Positions 1 through 11,413 of a stretch of 64,000 nucleotides of DNA are shown piece after piece; the stretch's first letter is position 1, and each line of letters begins with the position of its first letter. The notes below the pieces were generated by a model that ran no database searches, was not told the origin of the DNA, and was given only the letters and a program-made list of their open reading frames with translations. The stretch spans positions 26,166,001 through 26,230,000 of the forward strand of contig NC_087250.1 in NCBI RefSeq assembly GCF_037042905.1, read 5' to 3'. Source of the stretch: Lytechinus pictus. Its lineage: Eukaryota. The position numbers and the translations under genes were made by a program.

Positions 1-1932
1 CCCCCCCCCCCCATTAAGGTCTAATTATAGAAAATTCACAGTCCGTGCTTACGTTCGTATTAGTCTCGTTAGTGGATTGGTGAGATATGTCCGCTTTTCA
101 TGAATTAAACAAACTGTCCTTAAAAACGTCCCTTTTCTGGTATTTATATCAGAAATTTCCCGATAGCGCTTCGCGTTCAAATTATTCGGTTCACGTATTC
201 CTACAAACAAACCCTAGGGTGTTGTATTTTGTTTATGTTAATGTTATAATTGAATTAGTTTTACTTTGTTTTACTATATTAATATTAAAAGCGAATAAAG
301 AACTATATACTATATGTGCTTAACTAAAATCATCTGTTATCATTATTATTAAAATGCCCTTTTCTATGTCTGAATTTCGCGCTCGGAATAGATTATTGAG
401 ATACGTATCACGTTCGTGATTACAATGACTGCAAAAGTGTTTCATGTGTTTAGGTGTAATTTCGCATATCAATTTCTTAAAAAGTCCCTATCGTGGGAGG
501 GGGATATCCCCTCCCACCCCCCCCCCCCCACCCTCATCGGTCGCTTTACTCCCTCGCCGAGACTCAGGCACTATTCATCCCCAAATCATCACAAGAAATC
601 GACACCTAAGGTAAAAAAAAAACACAGTGCTATCAATCCAGACCGATCAGGATTGGTTATCACGTTATTTGCAATGATATTCCGACGGTTTGTTTTATAC
701 GTTATTTACTATGACATATTTTGGTTTGTTGAAATTACCCTGTTAAAAGTATATTTGGAAAATAACATAAAAGAAATATGCCTATTAAAATATATTGCCG
801 AAGGTTTGAGATAAATCAATCTGCGAGATACGTTATGAAGAAAAAAAAATCCCCCTATACGAGAAATCAAGGGCAGGCCACGTACTAGCAAAACATTTTG
901 TGCAGATGTCCCAGAATAGACCAGTTCGTAGTTACGTATGGACAATTTTGGTCAAATGACCTTTCATTTCTTTCATTATGATAGGCAGATTTCAAAGCAA
1001 GATATTACGTAAGCTTGCCTTACCTAGCAGGATGAAGAAATTGAATAGACCAGGTGACTAGAATAGCACACTAATGAACACTTTATAAAGGTATTTGTTG
1101 CGTTCCTATTTTGAATGCACATCATAGCATGTTGCACAATGTACTTGGCAAACTGTGAAATACCAGTCGTTCGTGGACGCATTGTTGTTTTTTGTGGATG
1201 TAAATGAAAACCACAATTCAAAAGAATACATGAATAATCAAGACATCAAAGTTGGTGCTTATCTCATTAGATTTTAAACCACCATGTCACTTTAGTACAA
1301 ATGACCTTCCTCTGATCATGCGTAGAATCTTTTGATCATGCGCAGAAAGGAAGTACGAACTGGCTTAATAAGCACACTTTAAGAGATTTCATTCATTATC
1401 AGGAAAAAATATCCCCAAGCATGGGATCTTTCCTTTTTTGCAAGATTTGTTTTTGTCAGTACTAAGAGGAAATTAGACGAGCTACATGTGTTGTAGGGAT
1501 GACGTCATTAAAAGGGTTTTTTTTTTCAGAAAGACTCGGTATGACATTTGTTTTTAAGCACAGTCCAAAACAATAGCCAAGTTATAGTAAAGTAGATCAA
1601 ACATATTTAATGTAGGTTATCAAAGTCACGTTCTTTACTATTTTCACAAACAATATATTTCCAAAGCTACATACCGATAAGTTCAAGTATACACGCTCTT
1701 TCAACAATCTCTGCACACTGTGTGAATGAATGCGAATACAACTGAGTTAGACATGCAGTGTGTATTGAAACATATTGGGGATTTTCCACATCATGGATCA
1801 GTGCACAAATCAAACAAAATATCCAATGTTGGATATTGATACAAATTCCATCTTTCGACAACTACAAGTTTAATGTGGCTTACGGTATAGCAATGGCGTA
1901 CAGTAATGATTGGTGTAGTAATAACTGAAACG

Positions 1933-2215
1933 CAGGCGCGGATCCAGGGGGAGGGGGTCAGGGGGCACGTGCCTCCCCTTTTGAGAAGCAAAATTAATAT
2001 TTATAATGTAAAAAAGTGGTGTTCCTTTTGTTTTGCTTGTCAATTTTTTTCGGGTACGAAATATCCTCAATTTGTGGCTGAAGTTTTTTTGCCTGTATAA
2101 TTTTCTCGGGTACGAAATATCCTTAATTAGTGGTTGAAAAACTTTTTGCGTGTCAAATCATTCCTCCGAAAAATTTGCCTCCCCCAATTATTGGAAAATC
2201 CTGGATCCGCCCCTG
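1933..2215. mobile_element. hAT-like MITE (duplicate at 14190-14472)
   Basis: Termini CAGGCGCGGATCCAGG / CCTGGATCCGCCCCTG. Perfect 8-bp TSD CTGAAACG at 1925-1932 and 2216-2223. Confidence 0.85.
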
Positions 2216-2288
2216 CTGAAACGGAAGAGATACTATACAGGTTGTTGAGAACATGTACCAGTCTTGCGCAAAATTATTTGTACCTTAA

Positions 2289-2871
2289 AGGAGAATGAAA
2301 CCTTTGGAACACGATAGCTTGTTAGAAAGCAGAAAATCAAAGAAACAGATAAACAAAATTTTGAGAAAAATCAGACAAAAAATGAGAAAGTTATGAGCAT
2401 TTGAATATTGCGATCACTAATGCTATGGAGATCCTCACATTGGCAATGCGACATATATGTGTGATGTCACTTGTGAACAACTCTCCCCATTACTATAGTA
2501 TATATTTCACTTAAACTGCCTCTTTTATAGCATCTATCAGTAGATCATGTGTTCTTTCTATAGGAGTGCATGTAATACAGATTTCAAAGAATACATCATG
2601 GATAAAGAGTTTGTATCACCACAAGAAAAAGCAAAAAGAGACATTTTGTGTGTATATCATAGTCTATCAAAGGGAAAGTTGTTCACATGTGACATCACAC
2701 ATCCGTGTCGCATTGCCCATGTGAGGATCTCCATAGCATTAATGACTGCAATATTCAAATGCTCATAACTTTCTCATTATTTGTCCGATTTTTCTCAAAC
2801 TTTCTTTGTTCTTATTCTTTGATTTTTCTGTGTCGACAGAAGCCCACTTGTTCCGATGGTTTCATTCCCCT
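2289..2871. mobile_element. Kolobok-like MITE with ~190-bp imperfect TIRs (duplicate at 14546-15128)
   Basis: AGG...CCT termini and TTAA TSD at 2285-2288 and 2872-2875. The paralogous empty site GTACCTTAAGGGGCTTTCAC is present at ~42258-42277. Confidence 0.85.
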
Positions 2872-3148
2872 TTAAGGGGCTTTCACAATTGCTCGTGTGA
2901 TCGTTTGCGATCATTTGGTCACAATATATGTTGTACATTAAATCGCAACAGTTGTAAGAAGTCGTACCACCAAATGTGAAAGGGGCTTTATACGAACAGC
3001 TTTATAAAACACCCACCAAATCGATTTTGTTCTCTTTTATTATTGTTTCGCTCTTTTGTTACCGTTTCTCCAGTGGATGCCGGGACATTTATCGACACAA
3101 TGGTACCGTCTCTGTTGACACGCAGTAAAATATTATCAACGTAATATA

Positions 3149-5224
3149 CACCCCAAAAAAAGTAAGTCCCCCCTAAATCAGATTGCTGTTACTTTTGAAC
3201 GGAGATTTTTTTAGATATGACATTTCGTAGGTGGTTTTCTACACTCATTAAGCAACTCCTGGGGAAAAATGAGATTGATCGCTTGAGTCATGCATGATGA
3301 ATTAAAGACTGAATTAAAGATGACCATTTTTGAAAGTCACAAGAGTCGTTTTTCAGATTGTGCAAATACAAAGTTGGGCAAAAGTTGTTTTTAGGTGAAT
3401 TTTATGGTGTTTTGCTGTTTTACTATCCATCATTTAGCCACTCCACATGCACAATTTTGATATCGTATGTTCATGGTTGAGTGAGCACACTATCGCAGGG
3501 GCCGCGGAAGCGGGGTGGGGGCCCACCTATTTCCAAAAGCATGTACAAAAATGTAAAAATGACCATACGATTGTGATTTTTTGCATGGTCAGCCCCCCAA
3601 TTTTGCCTCAGCCCCTCCCCCACACTTTGAAAACCGTTCCGCGGCCCCTGTATTGTGACGTATCATCATAGGGGTTTTGGTAGTATCCTCTACAACTTGT
3701 TAGGTCATATTAAAATTTGAAAATGTTGGTGGCTCCCCCGATTATAGGCCCCTCCCCCATTTTTAAATTCTGGATCCACCACTGATTTGTCCATAAATTA
3801 AACTGATCATGAGAAATTGTTAGGAAAATAATACATTTATGCAGTAAAAAGAGTATTCATTCCTAAGTTTTCGAATGTGCTCGCTCAACCATAAAATTTT
3901 TTAAAGTTCTGAAAGTGTGTGGGCAAAGAAATGATGGATGATAAAAACAACAGCAATTAAGGTCACATTTGAAACCGAATTTGCCCCCAATATTCACCTT
4001 ATTACCCTTTAAAATGAGTCTGTGACATTGAAAATACCCATTTTCCCACTTTGATGCGTGCTCACTCATCCGTGAATAAACAAATCGATTTCATTTTTGC
4101 ACAGAATTCTGCCCATAGGTTGATAAACATTACTGCCGATTGACATTGCTAAAGACAGCCTTGCAAAAAAGTTCCACCATATTAAATAAGGGGTTACTTA
4201 TTCTTAAACATATGCACCCACAATGTACACAAGTCTATAAAAGAGGAAGTCAAAATTTAAACAAATATGAAATAAGGGGTTTGTTTCATGGACGGTTTTT
4301 GTTACTTCTGCCAACAGTTATTTCATGAAACTTCGCACATGGCTTCAGAGTAACACTATCCAAAAGGCGCGCACACCAAAATAACAATTCGGTACGGCAC
4401 AGAGTGGGGCCAAGGCCTTGAACTTTCTTCTCATTTGCATAATTTTCGAATATTGTGTGCTCACTAATGCATTAAACATCGGGATTTTCATAAAAATCAA
4501 ATCAGATGAACCGTGCAAGGAGGTTTGTAACAGATATCCATAGTTACAAATCGCATTTTTTCCAATAACGTAAAAAAGAGCTAATCACATTCCACATGTT
4601 CATTCAAGCGTGAATGTTTAATCAAACGCCTTTGAATCATTGAAGCATTTTAATTGGTCATGAACATAACGAAAACGTTGATAAAAGATCAGTTTCAGTT
4701 ACCAAAATGAACCAATACTTGCCTATGATATTTGAAAATCGTATTTTTTTGTTTTCAATAAATGTTCATTGAACCGTGAAACGATCAATATTGTTGAAGA
4801 TACTCTTCCCCAAAATAACTGTCATCATATTTTATCATTTTTATTGATGAAAATGTGTAAAAATCCAATTATAGTAAATTTGGACTTGTGTTTATTCAAC
4901 AGTGAAATTTAGCCAAAAAAATTGTATCGTCTTTTAGAAAATACCTTTTACAAGCCTTCTGACTATTTTCATGATGGGAATGTGGAATCAGTTCCAATAA
5001 AATGGAATCAAAGTCATGAATTTCGGCTTGTGACTTTTGAAAAGTGACATTTTTGCCTTCTGACAGTGCTCACTGAAGCATGACGTAAAAATACGTCCAT
5101 AACATTTACTCAGAGGATAGCTTATAAAATTATCTACACGCTCATGTAAAAATATATCAAAAATTCGCATTGGTACGGATATTATTGATGTTTGTTTAAG
5201 GGGGGACTTACTTTTTTGTTTGTG
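3149..5224. mobile_element. Non-autonomous TIR DNA transposon with TA TSD, Tc1/mariner-like (duplicate at 15406-17481)
   Basis: TIRs CACCCCAAAAAAAGTAAGTCCCCCCTAAA / TTTAAGGGGGGACTTACTTTTTTGTTTGTG, with TA on both sides. No transposase ORF seen. Confidence 0.75.
3496..3650. mobile_element. Small MITE nested in the TA-flanked element (related copy at 6933-7066)
   Basis: TIR CAGGGGCCGCGGAA / TTCCGCGGCCCCTG. Near-TSD TATCG/TATTG. Confidence 0.7.
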
Positions 5225-5669
5225 TATAGAATAGTGTTTGATGACACGCAATGGAATATTATAAACATGATACACAGGCGAATTGTGTTAAGATATTATT
5301 TTTCATTCGGGGTGAATTCCTAACATATTTATCGAAAATTCATAAAGAAGTTTCAGTTTTCTCAAAATTTGAGAAAACTGAAGGGTGAAACTTTCCCCTC
5401 CATGACCACTCGCCTCCTTTATATAATTTCTTAGGATATTTATTTGCGTATGAACCGTGCATCATGAACTCTTTCGGTAAACATTTCTGTTTGATTTATT
5501 TATGTTACTCTTGTTCGGAATGAAATCATAATGAATATTCCACATCTGATTAATATTTCTTATTCAAGGAAAACATTTTATAACCACAATAAAGCGCTGT
5601 TTATAGTTTTTATACAACGTTATTTGCTATTTGTCTTGACGGTACACTTTAAAAATTCATGTCTAATTT

Positions 5670-5770
5670 ATTGAATAATATTGATAATAATATCAACAAT
5701 CATAATAATAATGATAAAATTAATAATAATGATGATGATAATAATAATAATAACAATAATAATTATAATA
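5670..5770. repeat. (AAT/GAT/AAC)n microsatellite (duplicate at ~17927-18027)
   Basis: Direct reading; source of the poly-N and poly-I ORF-track artefacts. Confidence 0.9.
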
Positions 5771-5789
5771 AAAGAAATGACATTGAGTT

Positions 5790-6620
5790 ATATAGCGTCA
5801 TCTATCCAGAAACAATCTATTTCGAGGCGCATTGTTATTATTGTTACTCCGGCTTTTAATAGCTTTAGGTGCCTTTCAGTGCTCAGTGCAATTTAAGGGG
5901 AATCCAACCCAAATAAAAATGTGTTTTTATAAGGAAAAAAAAATCAGACAAGTTGATAGGTGAAAGTTTGAACAAATTTGAACAAACAACAAGAAAGTTA
6001 TTAATTTTTCAAAGTTGTAACCATTGGTAATCACTATACCCATGGAGACTTCAAATTGGCCGCATATGGGATGGCATAGTAATGTAAGGCAAGGACTACT
6101 CTTCCATGTACTCCAATACATATTATGGCTAATATATAATTTTTCCGAAAATTTTTATTTCAAATTATAGTTTTCTTTCATGAGGACATATACTAATATA
6201 CTACCTGGATTATATTTAGATTACTGCCCCAGGGGAATGGGTACTTAGGAGAAAACCACAAGTCCCTGTACATGGACTATGGGAAAGTTGTCCTTGCCCC
6301 TTGTCATAATTTACTTACCCAGTTACCATTTTGAAATCTACATAGTATTAGTGATCTCAATTTTAAAGCAGCTATAACTTTCCTTTTGCTTGTCCGATTT
6401 CTTTCAAACTATCACCATTCTGTTTGATTTATTTTTCTCCTTCCCAACACAACATTTTATGGCCAAGGCTGGATTCCCCTTTAAGGAATCAATCCTGCCG
6501 GGTATACCATTTACCTCACCTGGGTCGAGTGCAGCACTGTGTGGATAAACTTCTTGCTGAAAGAAAACACGCCATGGCTATGGTTCGAACCCTTAGAGTC
6601 AGAACCACTAGACCACAATC
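5790..6620 (-). mobile_element. Decayed tRNA-derived SINE interrupted by a Kolobok-like MITE (related partial copies at ~36060-36235, ~39055-39228, ~42420-42505)
   Basis: Shared body CCATTTACCTCACCTGGGTCGAGTGCAGCAC. On the minus strand a B-box-like GGGTTCGAACC lies near 6582-6592. The AAT-rich tract at the left end fits a 3' tail. Confidence 0.6.
5897..6480. mobile_element. Kolobok-like MITE (duplicate at 18154-18737)
   Basis: TTAA at 5893-5896 and 6481-6484. Termini GGGGAATCCAACC / GGCTGGATTCCCCT. Confidence 0.8.
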
Positions 6621-6748
6621 CGCCTATATTGCATATTAGATTTATTTTTAAAAATCGAACTCTGTTGTTTGAACTGTTAAAGAAACTATTCTTAACCCCC
6701 CCCCCCCCCCGGGGGGGGCACTTCCATTCACGAGTTGATACCAAGCGC

Positions 6749-9700
6749 CAAAATCTGCTCCGTCAATATTTGCTCCGCCGACTTCTGCTCCGCCGTAAAT
6801 TGCTCCGATAATGCGACATTTATTTATTCATCTATTCGTACTTTCATGCGCGTAACAATTGTAGCACAGGATGAAGACGTCAATGCAAATTAAACTTAAA
6901 CTATGCTTGCATGATATATTACATGACACACACAGGGGGCGCGGAACGGTTTTCAAAGTGGGGGCTGACCATGCTAAAAATCACAATCATATGGGAATTT
7001 TTACGTTTTTGTACACGGTTTTGGAAAAAAAAATTGGGGCTGAAGCCCCCCAGCTCCCGGCCCCTGATACATAACATAGAAAGAAGTAGAAAAAATGGAT
7101 AAGCACAACGGAGGGATAGATATTCTTAATTTCTTATTCCTTGGGGGCATTTGTTTAAGTTTTATTACGTGCCTGGTGATTAAAATGAAAAAAAATTACG
7201 CGTGTTCATGTAATTATTATGACAGTACAAAGAAAACTTCTTAGCGTCAAAATCGCTCTGGCGAAATATGCTCCGAAGTGGAGATATTTGCTCCAGGTGA
7301 AATTCAATAGATATGCTTTATGTTTACAATAAAAAAAAAAGTGCGTATAAATGTCCCATTTCCAGGTTGATAACAGCTCGCGCTTCGTGCTCGCATTATA
7401 CATTCAGTGCGATGCGTTATCGGGTTTCATGAATATGTAACTATATTATTACTGGTATGTATATATATTATTTCTTTTAAAAACAACATTATTTGTTTAT
7501 ACGTTATGAGAGATATACATACATATATTCATTTATTGAAATATATTTATATTGTTGCTATTGCACAGAATAGAAAAAAATACAACCGAAGTCTCGTCTT
7601 ATAATAACTCACCAGTAGCGTAATGAGCCAAACAAAAAATGGAGGGGGCCAGACAAGGATGACATTTAGTTTCCTTTCCTTTATTCTTTTTTTTTAATTG
7701 GTAGGGAGAATGGGGGGATCCGTGACCCCTAGCACGCCCCTCCCCTATCTGTACGCCAGTGATGATCATGATTTCGTTTGAATGAAAAAATGTGCAAGGG
7801 TAGATAAAGCCCAAGACGTATTAAAAAATATTGATAAAAATATTAATAATTATAATGCTGATAAATGTAAAATAAATCAAGCGGTAACCAATGAAAATAA
7901 ATAGTGTGAAAGAACAAAACGAGAAAGAGGGAGAGAGAGAGAGGGACGCGCGCGAATGTATGGTGTATAAGTTGCTGGAAAGCAGAAGAGCAGGGGCGGA
8001 TCCAGCCTTCGCCAATAGGGGGGGGGGCGGGGTTTTTAAAAACCATATTTTCCCCGATCGGCCGCTCGATGATGATTTTGGTCTCTTTGAAGGGGTAGTC
8101 CTAATAATCACTTCTTAGCTTCATTATAAATCAACATAAATATTTAATATCATAATCCTTATTCATATAATGCGAGCACAAAGCGCGAGCTAAATTTTTA
8201 AGGAAATTTTATGTATTTTCCTAAAATTTGAACATTCTGGTCAATGTTTGTTATCCTGAAAAAGATGTGTATGCAACTAAATAATTACTACGAACGCGAA
8301 GCGCGAGCAGAAATGAACTGATGGAAAAGGTACCTGTTAAATATTGCTTGCAGTTAGCCATGAAGACGTTAAATATTTTAAAAATCAAATAATGCAAGCG
8401 CGAGATTTAGACCTACTGAACGAGACACTCTATGTTTTGTAAATCATGAAAAGGATGAGTAATTGGGGATATTCCTTACATTAATAATGCGAGCCCAAAG
8501 CGCAAGCAGAAAAAGTTTTATATGTATACATTTTAATGTGATCGAAAGGTACCTGTTAAGGACTGATTGCACTTAGCCATGAATACGCTACATATTTCAA
8601 CAATCAAATAATGCGAGCGCGAAGCGCGAGCTGAAACATTTTGAAATTTCTACATAAAGAATGGACATTTTTTTAATCAATTTTTGTAATCGTAAACAGG
8701 ATGGCTATATAACTAACCAATTTATACGAGCGCGAAGCGCGAGCGGAAAAAATCGAGATATAGACCTAAAACGGGACACTCTATTCATGTTTTGTAAATC
8801 ATGAAAAGAATGAGTAATATGGGATCTTCCTAACTTGATAATGCGAGCACAAAGCGCGAGCAGAAAATTCTTGATATTGTGATCTGAAACTGGATAATGA
8901 TTTAAATAGATTAAACTTGTTGATATTCCGACTAAAAATAGAGTCAATTTCAAGCAATTTGTAGGGAAATTGTGAGGTGGATATGGATTGCATTTAATAT
9001 AGAGCTGATATGTTCTATTATTACTTTGAGTTTTGACATATAGGACCGGGACATCCTTAGGACATGCCATCATATGAAAATGATGACTATTTTCCTATTT
9101 CTCTTGCTAAGCGCGAGACAAAACAAAAGGGACAATTTAATTTCTAAATTAATATCTTACTCATTAATGCCTAATGACAGTACGAAATCTGATGATATAA
9201 TGGCCTGAAAACTGGACATTTCAAGCACTTTTGTAGTCATGAATAGGATGCATCAGTTAATATATTTTTAACCATTAATGCAAGCGCAAATCGCGAGCCA
9301 ACTTTTTTGATAAACTGTCATTAAATGGGGATTTTAAGCAGTTTATTTGTATATTCAATATTGAGACATACATAACTCTCCATTCAAATGCGAGTGCAGC
9401 GCTAGCTGATACGTTTTGACAATCAGACCTGAAAAGGGATATTTTGAAAACTTTACAGAATACACGAAAATAATAGGTACCTGATATATCAAAATTTGCG
9501 AGTGCGCAGCGCGATTAGAAAATATTAAAATTCAGACCATAAAACTGACATTTTTACAGAGCACTTTTTAAAAATCAATTTGTAAATCACACAAAATAAT
9601 GAAAGTTCGATTCCCGAGGTGAAATATGTTTTATATATTGACTTCCAAACTTGATATTTGAACTCCATAATTATTGAACAAGATATGAAAATCCCCTAAC

Positions 9701-10497
9701 AGGCAATTTTATACAGTGACATGAAAGATTCTTTTCATTTTCTAAGTCTTTCCCTCATCTTATTTTATTTACTCGTCTTCCTCCTCTTCTTGTTACTCTA
9801 CTCTTTTCCATCTTTTTTTTTTCGCTCCGCCAATAGTTTGGGGGGGGGGGGGACGGGCCCCTCGGCCCCTCCCCTGGATCCGCCTATGGAAGAGATATTG
9901 TGTCCAGCACCCCCCCCCATTCTCTCCCCGCTCAAGTCCGGATTGAAACCAATGATAATAATATATGAACAAAAATCCAAATTCACAACTTCAATAGGGA
10001 GGGTGTCATTCCCCTTCTGCGTTACAATTTGTCAAGTGGCGGCGGCAGGGAGAACATTTTTTTTAAGCAGAAAGCTGTGATGATAGGGGAGAAATAAATA
10101 AATAAATAAAACATTAACGAATAATAAGAAGAAAAAAAACAACAAAACAATTTGTATAAGATGTTCATGCAATTGTATTATCGGAGCACATGACGGCGGA
10201 GCAATTATCGGCGGAGCAGATTTTGGCGGAGCAAATATCGGCGGAGCAATTGTCGTATAATCGGAGCAGATGTCGGCGGAGCAATTGTCGGCGGAGCAAA
10301 TATCGGCGGAGCAGATGTCGACGGAGCAAATATCGGCGGAGCAAGTGTCGACGGAGCAAATATCGGCGGAGCAAGTGTCGACGGAGCAACTGTCGGCGGA
10401 GCAACTGTCCGGAGCAATTGTCGGCGGAGCAGTTGTCGTATTTTGCGTAGCAATTGTCGGCGGAGCAGATGTCGGCGGAGCAATTGTCATGGAACCG
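6749..10497. mobile_element. Foldback-like TIR element with 15-bp subterminal tandem repeats; left arm truncated at the duplication junction
   Basis: 10180-10490 is a (GGCGGAGCAATTGTC)-like 15-mer array ending CATGGAACCG. 6746-6812 carries the same array reverse-complemented (CGCCAAAATCTGCTCCG...GCTCCGATAAT). Confidence 0.7.
7991..9888. mobile_element. Non-autonomous TIR element with internal ~120-bp degenerate repeats (GCGAGCGCGAAGCGCGAG motif)
   Basis: Termini CAGGGGCGGATCCAG / CTGGATCCGCCTATG, flanked by a duplicated GAAGAG at 7985-7990 and 9889-9894. Confidence 0.75.
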
Positions 10498-11413
10498 CAT
10501 AAGAAACGTGTGGATGTGAAAATATCACAAAAAGTTCGGACGGGGCTAAGTTAAGCCAACCAACATTGGGCAAGTTGAGCCATGGTAATTCTTATGGTAA
10601 TATATAGTAAAAAAAATAAAAAACATAAAAAGCCATTGATATGCAGGCAGAAAGGAGCAAATTCACATGACAGTTCTTTTACTTTTAGAAGATGTTAGTA
10701 TTTATAGAGAATTAGCAAGTGAAAAGACTTTAAATGAAAAATTGGCATCCTGGTTCTCCCGCATACATTTTGCACATAGTTTTTGTGGCTCAATTTACCC
10801 CAGACGGTGGCACAACTTACCCCACTTATGGGACAAGTTGAGCCATTTGACATCAGTTTTTTCAAAGGTCACAACGAATTTCAGCGTGGGGATAGAAATT
10901 TGTATATAGGTGAAAAATATTTCCCAAGAATCAAATTTAAAGGCAAGGTACTTATTTTTACAATATTACTAGTCATATCAATTCTAACATGCAAAATGTA
11001 AAAAGTGTCACAACTTACCCCGCCTTCCCCTACACTTGTTTTCTTCTCAAAAGTGGTTTCTGTACCCTTCGCCTTCGATGGACTATGACTCTGTGCAAGG
11101 TAGGTGTCAAATCAACATTAACGAGTTAGCAAATTACGAAGCTGGCATTTGAACTTTGGTAACATTGTTTGGAAACACCTTGTGTATTATATCACATTAT
11201 AGGAAATATATTTCCATAACTTTATGAATCATAATTTGCTTAGGACCTATGAGTTCACCATTCCTGGTGCTCATATTATCTGTTTAATGATATATATAAT
11301 CATGTTGTACTAAAAGTCCCGTTTTCAAGTCAATATAAACCAAACATATTTAATTGTTTATTGTTTTATGTAGTTACACATGCTTCTTTTTCATGACTAC
11401 TTAAAGTCATTGC

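Larger units (their letters stand above)
1..6748 (+). repeat. Recent tandem segmental duplication, copy 1 (runs off the left edge of the window)
   Basis: Near-identical to ~11414-19009 (offset 11413-11414 before, 12257 after the 844-bp indel). Identical ORF-track peptides recur. Similarity ends after ...GATACCAAGCGC. Confidence 0.97.

Noticed and set aside
9189..9215. Second hammerhead (CTGATGA...GAAA)
   Set aside because: The intervening sequence cannot form stem II.
87..9986. Numerous 60-130 aa ORFs as host genes
   Set aside because: No recognisable domains, many use non-ATG starts, and they lie inside MITEs or low-complexity DNA. Their recurrence is explained by the duplication.
10032..10554. 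Repetitive ORFs (AEQLS / LLRR / CSAD repeats) and a CRISPR-like look
   Set aside because: These are six-frame readouts of a 15-bp subterminal tandem array. There are no unique spacers and no cas genes, and the context is eukaryotic.
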